Below are positions 56,378-64,000 of a stretch of DNA of 64,000 nucleotides, piece by piece. Each line of letters begins with the position of its first letter. Position 1 is the first letter of the stretch. Below the pieces are notes generated by a model. The model did no database searches and had not been told where the DNA came from. It saw only the letters and a list, made by a program, of their open reading frames with translations. The DNA comes from a bacterium (GTDB taxonomy: Bacteria; Vulcanimicrobiota; Vulcanimicrobiia; Vulcanimicrobiales; Vulcanimicrobiaceae). The stretch covers positions 5,306-69,305 of the forward strand of contig JAJYMV010000055.1 in assembly GCA_021786705.1 (NCBI GenBank), read 5' to 3'. A program made the translations under genes and the position numbers.

Positions 56378-57811
56378 ATGAGCTCATCCCCCTACGCAGC
56401 AGCCCCCGAGAGCACCCGCCCGCGCATCCGCGACGAGTACGGACTCTTTATCGGCGGCACGTGGTCCGCACCGCAGAGCGGCCGCTACGACGTCACGATC
56501 GACCCCGCTCGCGAAGAACCGATCGCGCGCGTCGCGTACGGAGGGCCCGACGATGTGGCGCGAGCGATACGAAGCGCGCGCAAGGCGTACGAGCGTTGGT
56601 GGGCTCCAATGAAGCCGGCAACGAGAGCAAAATATCTGTTCCGAATCGCACGCGCGATCACCGAGAGGTCGCGCGAGATCGCGGTCTTAGAATCGATGGA
56701 CGGCGGCAAGCCGATCCGCGAAGCACGCGATTTCGACGTGCCGATGGCTGCGGCGCACTTCTTTTACTACGCCGGCTGGGCGGATAAACTGGAGTGGGTG
56801 CTGCGCGCGGGCCGCCGCCCGCAACCGCTCGGCGTCTGCGGTGCGATCGTTCCGTGGAATTTTCCGCTGCTCATGGCGGCGTGGAAGATCGCCCCCGCCC
56901 TCGCCTGCGGGAACACGGTCGTCCTTAAACCCGCCGAGACAACCCCCATGACTGCCCTCCTGCTCGCCGAGATCGCGCGCGATGCCGATCTGCCGCCGGG
57001 CGTCCTCAACGTCGTTACCGGCGACGGCGCAACCGGCGCCGCACTCGTCGCGCATCCCGGCCTCGATAAAGTAGCATTTACCGGCTCGACGGAGGTCGGG
57101 CGCGAGATCGCTCGCGCTCTCGCGGGCCGCGAGACGCGTCTCACGCTCGAACTCGGCGGCAAGGCGGCGCATATACTATTCGAAGACGCTCCCCTCGACC
57201 AAGCGATCGAGGGAGTCGTGCGCGGAATCTACTTCAACCAAGGACACGTCTGTTGCGCCGGATCGCGACTGCTTGTCGAGGAGTCGATTCTCGACGAGAC
57301 CGTCGCACGGCTTCAGCAGCGCATCGACCGTTTGCGCGTCGGCGATCCGCTCGATAAAAATACCGACATCGGAGCGATTAATTCTCGAGCGCAGCTCGAA
57401 CGCATCGACGAACTCGTTCGCAGCGGCGTCGAACAGGGTGCGACCCTGATCCAACAGCGATGCGATCTTCCCGAACGGGGTTACTTCTACCGCGCCTCCT
57501 TCTTCACCAACGTGCAGAGCTCGCATCGCATCGCGCGCGAAGAGATCTTCGGCCCCGTGCTGGCGGTCATGTCGTTCCGCACCCCCGAAGAAGCGATCGA
57601 GAAAGCGAACGACACGCCGTACGGGCTCTCCGCCGGCGTATGGACGGAGCGCGGCAGCACGAATATGGCGGTAGCGCGGGGCCTGACGGCGGGCGTCGTT
57701 TGGTGCAACACGTTCAATCGCTTCGATCCCGCTTCACCGTTCGGCGGTTTCCGCGAGAGCGGTTTCGGCCGCGAGGGCGGCGTTCACGGCCTCAACGAAT
57801 ACCTGGCCTAA
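56378..57811 (+). CDS. NAD(P)-dependent aldehyde dehydrogenase
   Basis: VPWNFPL, FTGSTEVG, ELGGKA, and the catalytic Cys in NQGHVCCAGSR. Confidence 0.93.
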   Translation: MSSSPYAAAPESTRPRIRDEYGLFIGGTWSAPQSGRYDVTIDPAREEPIARVAYGGPDDVARAIRSARKAYERWWAPMKPATRAKYLFRIARAITERSREIAVLESMDGGKPIREARDFDVPMAAAHFFYYAGWADKLEWVLRAGRRPQPLGVCGAIVPWNFPLLMAAWKIAPALACGNTVVLKPAETTPMTALLLAEIARDADLPPGVLNVVTGDGATGAALVAHPGLDKVAFTGSTEVGREIARALAGRETRLTLELGGKAAHILFEDAPLDQAIEGVVRGIYFNQGHVCCAGSRLLVEESILDETVARLQQRIDRLRVGDPLDKNTDIGAINSRAQLERIDELVRSGVEQGATLIQQRCDLPERGYFYRASFFTNVQSSHRIAREEIFGPVLAVMSFRTPEEAIEKANDTPYGLSAGVWTERGSTNMAVARGLTAGVVWCNTFNRFDPASPFGGFRESGFGREGGVHGLNEYLA

Positions 57812-57817
57812 ACAACG

Positions 57818-60721
57818 ATGTCTCGAAACCCCTTCGATGCAACGCTCCTCGACCGCTTGGAGACGCTCCTCGTCCACGTTCGGACGGCGATCGTAGGCTG
57901 GGACCGAGATCTACGTATCTCCTACTGGCCGCAGAGCGCGACGAACCTCTTCGGCATCGGCGCCGAGCACATGCTGGGAAAGACGGTGGAGGAGAGCGCG
58001 CTCGTACACGCCGCGGATGTCGTTGCGGTTGCGGAGAGCAGCGCTCGCCTTCGCGAAGGACGACAGCGCGAACGCATCCACATCAACCGCAATACTCGCG
58101 GCGACGGTAGAACGATCGTCTGTCGTTGGACCCGTGCAGTCGAACAAGACGACGATCGGCTCGCCATCATCTCTTTCGTCGAAGACATTACGAGAGAATA
58201 TGCGGCCCGCGATAGCATTCTCGAGAGCGAGACGCGCTTTCGCACGCTCTACGCCGATAATCCCGATCCCATTCTCATCGTCGATCGAGACGGGTTCGTT
58301 ATCGACGTCAACGACACCGCGAGACGCGCTCCCGGCGCTACGTACGCCGATGTTATCGGGACGCATTTTCGCGATCTCGTTCCCGTCGATCGGCGCGACG
58401 AGCACGAGGCCTATTTTGAGAGAGCGCGCTCGGGAGTCACCCAACAGTACGAGATTGCGGTCTTCGACCACGCGGGCACCGAGCGTTTTTTCTCGGTGAC
58501 GACGGTTCCGCTCTTCGAAAACGGATCGTTCGCAGGCGTCTATTCCATCCTTCACGACGACACGGCGCGACGTGCGGAACAGGAGGCGTTGGTCGCAATC
58601 GAACGCGAGCGCTACGAGAGCGCCCGTCGCCTGCATTCTCTTTTTGAGGCAAACCCCGACGGCGTGATCGCGCTCGACCGCACCGGACGCATCACGCAAG
58701 CGAACCCGGCCTCGGCGCGGATCGGCGGCTACGAGGTCGACGCGATCGTCGGGCGAGCGTTCGAGAGTTTTCTCACCGAGGCATATCTCTCGATCGCCCG
58801 CCGACATTTTGCCACGGCGATCGCCGGCGAGGGATGTTCGTTCGCGGTAGAATGCTATCGTATCGACGGAAGTATCGTACCGCTCGATATCACGCTCATC
58901 CCGCAATACAGCGGAGAGCGTATCGTCGGCGTCTACGCCGTCCTTCAGGATATTACGCTGCGACGCGACGCACAGGAGCGGGCGCGCATCCAGGCGCAAC
59001 GCGTTCGCGACCTCTACGCCATCGCGAGCGCGGTCGGCGACCCGTCGGTCGGCATGGTCGAAGCGCTCCGGCTCGGCTGTCGCGTCTTTGAAGCCGAGAT
59101 CGGCTTCGTTATCGATACGACGGGACGCACCCCCAGGATCGCGGCCTCGGCGAGCACCGCGCCGCCGGAGGAGATCGCCCCGGAGATCCTCGCGCTCGCC
59201 CTACGGTGCGTCGGCGCCGGTCCCGACACCTCGCCGGTGATGACGCACGACGCGCTCGTCGTTCCTATCGACGTCGCCGGCGAGCGTTTTGGGGCCGCCA
59301 TTTTTTCGCGTATATCGCGAAGCCGAACGTTTACCGAAACCGACGCTGAATTTCTCGGCCTGATCGCAGCGCTGTTGCAGAATTTTATCGAGCGAAGTCG
59401 CGTCCGCGTTCACCTGCAACGAATGGCCTATGTCGACGTTCTCACGGGGCTCCCCAACGGAAGCGGATTTCGCGATCGCTTGCGCGGCGCTATCGAAGCG
59501 GCTCCGCTGCGAATGCAGCGCGTCGCCGTGCTCTTCTTCGGTCTCGATCGATTTAAAGATATCAACGAGACGCTCGGTCACCGGCTCGGCGACCGTTTGT
59601 TGCAAGCGGTGGGAACCCGTATTGAAGGGCTCTTTTCATCGGTCGGAGCGGTCGCTCGCATGGGCGGCGACGAATTTGCCATCATGATTCAGGACGCGGG
59701 GACGAACGATCGCCTCCGCGATCTCGCCGAGCAGGTCATCGCCGCCGTCGAAGAGCCCTTTACCGTCGACGATTTCGAACAATTCCTTTCGGCGAGTATC
59801 GGCATCGCCGTCTACCCCGAGGACGGGACCGACGGCGATGCCTTAGTCAAAAATGCCGATATCGCCATGTCGCGTGCGAAGGATCGCGGACGTGGTGGCT
59901 TTTATTTCTACAACGCCACCCTCGAATCGCCGATTCTCATGCGCCTCTCGCAGGAACGTCTTTTGCGCCGTGCGTTGGATCGCAACGAGTTTCTGGTCTA
60001 TTATCAGCCGCAAATCGATCTCGTCGACGGTAGGGTGGTCGGCCTCGAGGCATTGGTTCGCTGGCAACATCCCGGCTCCGGGCTGATCGAGCCGGGGCAT
60101 TTTATCCCGAGTGCCGAGATTTCCGGGCTCATCGTGCACCTCGGACGTTGGGTTCTCGAGAGCGCCGCCATGCAGGCCGCCGCCTGGGTGAAACGCTTCG
60201 GTCCGCTGCGCATCGCCGTGAACCTCTCCGCCCGGCAATTACACCATCGACATTTACGTCAAGAGATTCTCGGAGCGCTCGATATCTCGGGGCTCGACCC
60301 CCAACTTTTGGAGCTGGAGATTACCGAAAGCGTCGCCATGACCGATGTCGAGCAAGCGATCGCCATCGTGCGCGATCTCAAGGGGGCGGGCATCCGCATG
60401 GCGATCGACGACTTCGGAACGGGCTACTCCTCCCTCGCGTATCTACGCCGATTTGCTTTCGACGTTTTGAAGATCGATGGATCGTTCGTCGACGGCATCG
60501 GGAGCGAGCGAGAGGACGAGACGATCGTGAAAACGTTGGTCGGCATGGCCGATAGCTTAGGCCTCGAGAGCGTGGCGGAGGGCGTCGAACATGCAAACCA
60601 AGCGCAATTCCTCCGAGATTACGGCTGCCGGTTCGCCCAGGGATATCTCTATCGGCCGCCGCTGCCCGCAAGCGCGATCGACGAACTCCTCGCGGCGGGT
60701 GCGACGATCGTCGTTCGATAA
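57818..60721 (+). CDS. cytoplasmic multi-PAS / GAF / GGDEF / EAL signalling protein
   Basis: Three PAS-like repeats (...ESETRFRTLY..., ...RRLHSLFEANPDGV...), a GAF-like segment, RMGGDEFAIM, EALVRW, DDFGTGYSS, KIDGSF. Confidence 0.9.
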   Translation: MSRNPFDATLLDRLETLLVHVRTAIVGWDRDLRISYWPQSATNLFGIGAEHMLGKTVEESALVHAADVVAVAESSARLREGRQRERIHINRNTRGDGRTIVCRWTRAVEQDDDRLAIISFVEDITREYAARDSILESETRFRTLYADNPDPILIVDRDGFVIDVNDTARRAPGATYADVIGTHFRDLVPVDRRDEHEAYFERARSGVTQQYEIAVFDHAGTERFFSVTTVPLFENGSFAGVYSILHDDTARRAEQEALVAIERERYESARRLHSLFEANPDGVIALDRTGRITQANPASARIGGYEVDAIVGRAFESFLTEAYLSIARRHFATAIAGEGCSFAVECYRIDGSIVPLDITLIPQYSGERIVGVYAVLQDITLRRDAQERARIQAQRVRDLYAIASAVGDPSVGMVEALRLGCRVFEAEIGFVIDTTGRTPRIAASASTAPPEEIAPEILALALRCVGAGPDTSPVMTHDALVVPIDVAGERFGAAIFSRISRSRTFTETDAEFLGLIAALLQNFIERSRVRVHLQRMAYVDVLTGLPNGSGFRDRLRGAIEAAPLRMQRVAVLFFGLDRFKDINETLGHRLGDRLLQAVGTRIEGLFSSVGAVARMGGDEFAIMIQDAGTNDRLRDLAEQVIAAVEEPFTVDDFEQFLSASIGIAVYPEDGTDGDALVKNADIAMSRAKDRGRGGFYFYNATLESPILMRLSQERLLRRALDRNEFLVYYQPQIDLVDGRVVGLEALVRWQHPGSGLIEPGHFIPSAEISGLIVHLGRWVLESAAMQAAAWVKRFGPLRIAVNLSARQLHHRHLRQEILGALDISGLDPQLLELEITESVAMTDVEQAIAIVRDLKGAGIRMAIDDFGTGYSSLAYLRRFAFDVLKIDGSFVDGIGSEREDETIVKTLVGMADSLGLESVAEGVEHANQAQFLRDYGCRFAQGYLYRPPLPASAIDELLAAGATIVVR

Positions 60722-60959
60722 TCTTCGCCGACGACGAGCGCGCGTTCACCTCGAACGCGTGCCGCTTCCACCTTCGCAGCCGGCTCTCCCGAACGCGCGA
60801 AAACGCGTTCTCGCGTCATACCTATCTCCTCGACCGCGGTCGGAACGTTTTCATCCGATTCCACCCGGACTGCTCCCGCGCGTCGGCCTCATTTCGCTGC
60901 GTTCGATAATTGCCGACGCGAAGAGGCGGTCCCCAAGGCGCGTCTAACTACATCGCACT

Positions 60960-62405
60960 ATGAGTGTAAATGAACAACGCGTACCAATCACCGTTGCCGA
61001 CGGCGACGGTATCGGCCCGGAGATCATGGATGCCACGCTGCGGATCATCACCGAAGCGGGCGCTCGCATCGCGATCGAAAAGATCGAGATCGGCGAGGCC
61101 GTCTACAGTCGAGGTCTCGACAGCGGAATCGAGCCGTCGTCGTGGGAGTCGTTGCGGCGAACTCAGGTATTCCTAAAAGCTCCGATCACCACGCCTCAGG
61201 GTGGCGGTTTCAAAAGCCTCAATGTGACCGTACGCAAGACGCTGGGCATGTATGCCAACGTCCGTCCCTGCGCCTCGCTGCATCCCTTCGTCTCGACCAA
61301 ACACCCGAAGATGAACATCGTCATCGTGCGCGAGAACGAAGAGGACGTCTACGGCGGCATCGAACATCGCCAGACGAATCAGGTCGCGCAATGTTTGAAA
61401 CTCATCTCGCGCCCGGCGAGTAAACGAATCGTTCGGTACGCGTTCGAATACGCGCGCGCGAATAAGCGGAAGAAAGTCACCTGCTTTACCAAAGATAACA
61501 TCATGAAAATCACCGATGGTCTCTTCCATCGGACGTTTGAAGAAATCGCGTTGGAATATCCCGATATCGAACACGAACATTGGATCGTCGATATCGGCGC
61601 GGCGAAGCTCGCCGATACTCCCGAGGCCTTCGACGTCATCGTCATGCCGAATCTCTACGGCGATATTCTTTCCGACGTCGCCGCGCAAATTACCGGCTCG
61701 GTCGGTCTCGCCGGTTCGGCGAATATCGGCGATCACTGCTCGATGTTTGAAGCCATCCACGGCTCGGCCCCGCGACGCGCGGGCCAAAATCTCGCGAACC
61801 CCTCCGGCCTCTTGCACGGAGCGCTGCTCATGTTGGTGCATATCGGCCAAGGCGATGTCGCCGAACGCGTGCACAACGCCTGGCTAACGACGATCGAAGA
61901 CGGCATTCATACCTACGATATTTACAAAGAGGGCGTTTCGAAAGAAAAGGTCGGTACGCGCGAATTTGCCGACGCCGTCATCGCGCGCCTCGGCCGCGAG
62001 CCGAAGGTGCTGCCGCCCGCTCGATACGCCGTCGGAGCCGCGATGGATCTCTCGATCCGTCCGGGCGGCGTTCCCCCCAAGAAAGAACACGTCGGAGTCG
62101 ATATTTTCATCGATCGACGCGATGGAGATCCCGAAGAGATCGCCGCACGCGCGAAACGCATCGCGGTCGACGGCGTGAAGCTTGTCGTCATCGCCAACCG
62201 CGGCAGCAAAGTGTGGCCCGACGGAAACCCAGACACGTTTTTGAGCGATCAATGGTCGCTTCGATTCGAAGGCAAGCCTTTTAACGGCAAACGCGTGGCG
62301 GAGATTATCGCGGCGATGCACGGCGCCGGCTTCGACGTCATTAAAACCGAAGGGCTCTTTACCTTCGACGGAGAGCGCGGGTACTCGCTCGCGCAGGGAC
62401 AGTAA
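60960..62405 (+). CDS. icd: NADP-dependent isocitrate dehydrogenase (about 480-aa type with a C-terminal extension)
   Basis: ITVADGDGIGPEI, SLNVTVRK, VIVRENEEDVY, MPNLYGDILSD, GSAPRRAGQNLANP. Confidence 0.9.
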   Translation: MSVNEQRVPITVADGDGIGPEIMDATLRIITEAGARIAIEKIEIGEAVYSRGLDSGIEPSSWESLRRTQVFLKAPITTPQGGGFKSLNVTVRKTLGMYANVRPCASLHPFVSTKHPKMNIVIVRENEEDVYGGIEHRQTNQVAQCLKLISRPASKRIVRYAFEYARANKRKKVTCFTKDNIMKITDGLFHRTFEEIALEYPDIEHEHWIVDIGAAKLADTPEAFDVIVMPNLYGDILSDVAAQITGSVGLAGSANIGDHCSMFEAIHGSAPRRAGQNLANPSGLLHGALLMLVHIGQGDVAERVHNAWLTTIEDGIHTYDIYKEGVSKEKVGTREFADAVIARLGREPKVLPPARYAVGAAMDLSIRPGGVPPKKEHVGVDIFIDRRDGDPEEIAARAKRIAVDGVKLVVIANRGSKVWPDGNPDTFLSDQWSLRFEGKPFNGKRVAEIIAAMHGAGFDVIKTEGLFTFDGERGYSLAQGQ

Positions 62406-62406
62406 C

Positions 62407-63300
62407 ATTCGGATCGTTAGCCTGCTTCCGAGCGCGACGGAGATTCTCTACGCCATCGGAGCGGGCAACGATCTCGTCGGCGTCACGCACGAATGCGACT
62501 ATCCGCCGCAGGCGCGCGCGCTGCCGGCGGTGACCTCTTCGGCATTACCCGCATCGGCGAGCGCCGCCGACATCGATCGTCACGTGCGCCGAGGGGTCCA
62601 CGAAGGCTCGAGTATCTATCATCTCGATGACGCACTCGTGGAACGCCTCGAGCCCGACCTGATCGTCACGCAGGAACTCTGCGAGGTTTGCGCCGTTTCC
62701 TACGATCGCGTGACCTCGGCGGTTCGACGATTGCGCGGCGACCCTCGCGTGGTCGCGCTCGAGCCGAACTCCTTCGACGACGTCCTCGGTACGATTCGGA
62801 CGCTCGGCTCGCTCGTCGGGCGCAGTAGCGAGGCGGAGCGCGTCGCCGAGGATCTTGCCCGGAGTGCGGAACGGTTACGCACCCGGGCGCGGCGCGAATT
62901 ACCCGATCCGCCGAACCTGCTCTTTCTCGAATGGAGCGATCCTCCATTCGCGCCCGGTCATTGGACCCCCGACCTGCTCGATCTGCTCGGTGTTCGCTCG
63001 ACGATCGAATTTCGGCACGCACCCGCTCGCGCGGTCACGTGGGAAGAGGTCGCCGCCGGCGACCCCGATTGTATCGTCCTCGCTCCCTGCGGCTTCGATC
63101 TTGCGGCGGCGCGCCGGTCGCTCGCCGATCTTCAATCGAACGCGGCATGGTGCGAGCTGCGTGCGGTTCGCAACGGGCGCACGATCGTGCTCGACGGGAA
63201 CGCGTACTTCAATCGTCCGGGCGTGCGTTTGGTCGAAGGGACGGAAAAATTGCTCGAGGAGCTTACGCGGCTCGGAGATGGGCGGTATCGTCGAGCGTAA
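62407..63300 (+). CDS. BtuF/TroA-like (class III) substrate-binding protein without a signal peptide
   Basis: The conserved N-terminus IRIVSLLPSATEILYAIGAGNDLVGVTHECDYP lies upstream of the track ORF (GTG 62530) in the same frame, with no ATG/GTG/TTG. ATT 62407 with an AGGGA Shine-Dalgarno 7 nt upstream is the best start. Confidence 0.7.
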   Translation: MRIVSLLPSATEILYAIGAGNDLVGVTHECDYPPQARALPAVTSSALPASASAADIDRHVRRGVHEGSSIYHLDDALVERLEPDLIVTQELCEVCAVSYDRVTSAVRRLRGDPRVVALEPNSFDDVLGTIRTLGSLVGRSSEAERVAEDLARSAERLRTRARRELPDPPNLLFLEWSDPPFAPGHWTPDLLDLLGVRSTIEFRHAPARAVTWEEVAAGDPDCIVLAPCGFDLAAARRSLADLQSNAAWCELRAVRNGRTIVLDGNAYFNRPGVRLVEGTEKLLEELTRLGDGRYRRA

Positions 63301-63865
63301 GCACGCGCGCCGCGCCGTCGAGCCATTCCAGGCGCGTGATCGACGCATGGGAAAAACGTACCGTCATCGCATCGAATCGCGCTCCGAGAAGTTCGGCGAG
63401 CAACGCATGGAGCGTTCCGGCATGTGCGACGACGAGCACGCGCTGCCCGGCGAAGGGCAGTCGCTCCTTCCACCAGGACCGAACTCGCCGCCGAACATCG
63501 GCAAACTTTTCCCCGCCCTGAGGCTGGTAATCGCGTGCCGAGGTCAAGCCCCTCTCGCCCGCGTTCGGAAAGGCGGCGGTGATCTCGGCCCACGTCATCC
63601 CCTCCCACGAACCAAAATCGAATTCGCGAAGGCGAGCGTCGCGTGCGAGCGGGAGCGAGCGCCCGCGAAGGATCGTCTCGGCGGTCGTTACCGCCCGCTG
63701 GAGATCGCTCGAGAATGCCGCGTCGATCGCTTCGTCGGCGAGCGCATCGGCGAGAGCGCGCGCCTGGGCCAATCCATCGGGGGAGAGCGGAATATCGCTG
63801 CGGCCCTGAAAGCGCCCGGAGCTGTTCCAGGCGGTGAGTCCATGCCTGATCAGCAAGAGTTCCAC
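63263..63865 (-). CDS. histidine phosphatase family protein (PGAM/CobC-like)
   Basis: GTG 63865. LLIRHGLTAWN (RHG motif), second catalytic His in VVAHAGTL. Confidence 0.85.
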   Translation of the reverse strand: MELLLIRHGLTAWNSSGRFQGRSDIPLSPDGLAQARALADALADEAIDAAFSSDLQRAVTTAETILRGRSLPLARDARLREFDFGSWEGMTWAEITAAFPNAGERGLTSARDYQPQGGEKFADVRRRVRSWWKERLPFAGQRVLVVAHAGTLHALLAELLGARFDAMTVRFSHASITRLEWLDGAARVLTLDDTAHLRAA

Positions 63866-63974
63866 GGCCTCCCCTCATGCTCGCTGCAGCATTGCCCTTC
63901 CTGCACGTCGAAAGCGCACCGGCATGGGCGACGGAACGAGCGCGACGCGCGAGGGACGCATCGGCGTGCGCAAG

Positions 63975-64000
63975 ATGTACAAACTCTTCATCAACGGCGC
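63975..64000 (+). CDS. start of a CDS (MYKLFING...), possibly an aldehyde dehydrogenase; truncated by the window edge
   Basis: Only 8 codons are visible. MYKLFING resembles common ALDH N-termini. Confidence 0.25.

Overview
Visibly GC-rich bacterial chromosomal window, almost entirely coding. I can support about 60 protein genes and 7 tRNAs. I found no rRNA, CRISPR array, transposase, integrase or phage genes. Most genes are on the minus strand, in long runs joined by 4-nt start/stop overlaps (ATGA or GTGA).

Content in window order:
- Minimal mlaE-mlaF-mlaD lipid-transport operon with an unusually long MlaD.
- rph, glmS, rpoZ, gmk, rqcH, a superoxide dismutase (SOD), a quinone oxidoreductase, queA and a PilZ receptor.
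- SpoIID/LytB, ruvCAB, a PASTA Ser/Thr kinase plus a PBP2-type transpeptidase.
- carB and carA, separated by pdxH and a MoxR/DUF58/VWA/BatD-like module; then marC.
- pyrR-pyrB-pyrC, valS, an MFS transporter and surE.
- tig-clpP-clpX behind a tRNA cluster; a GGDEF-EAL gene between two tRNA clusters.
- rdgB, lepA, yggT, an M23 peptidase and a DUF4446 protein.
- Homogentisate (tyrosine catabolism) cluster: a CDGSH protein, hmgA, fahA, an unknown gene and hppD.
- deoC, an aldehyde dehydrogenase, a PAS/GAF/GGDEF/EAL protein, icd, a BtuF-like binding protein and a histidine phosphatase.

Main second-look items:
1. A peroxiredoxin-like gene after surE has an in-frame TGA at the expected catalytic-Cys position, followed by a SECIS-like hairpin. 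It is either a selenoprotein candidate or a pseudogene.
2. A 181-bp bipartite inverted-repeat (MITE-like) element lies between marC and pyrC, with its own short ORF preceded by a ribosome-binding site.
3. The long MlaD has a helical extension and a beta-rich C-terminus.
4. An uncharacterised gene is translationally coupled to fahA in a homogentisate cluster that lacks a maleylacetoacetate isomerase.
5. A MoxR-VWA module is nested between carA and carB.
6. Two genes have conserved N-termini with no ATG, GTG or TTG start.
7. A long structured leader lies upstream of the DUF4446-M23 operon.

All family assignments come from reading the translations and recognising motifs. No database search was run. 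Many start codons are refined by eye and remain approximate. The numerous long Arg/Ala/Pro-rich alternative-frame ORFs in the track are treated as GC artefacts.
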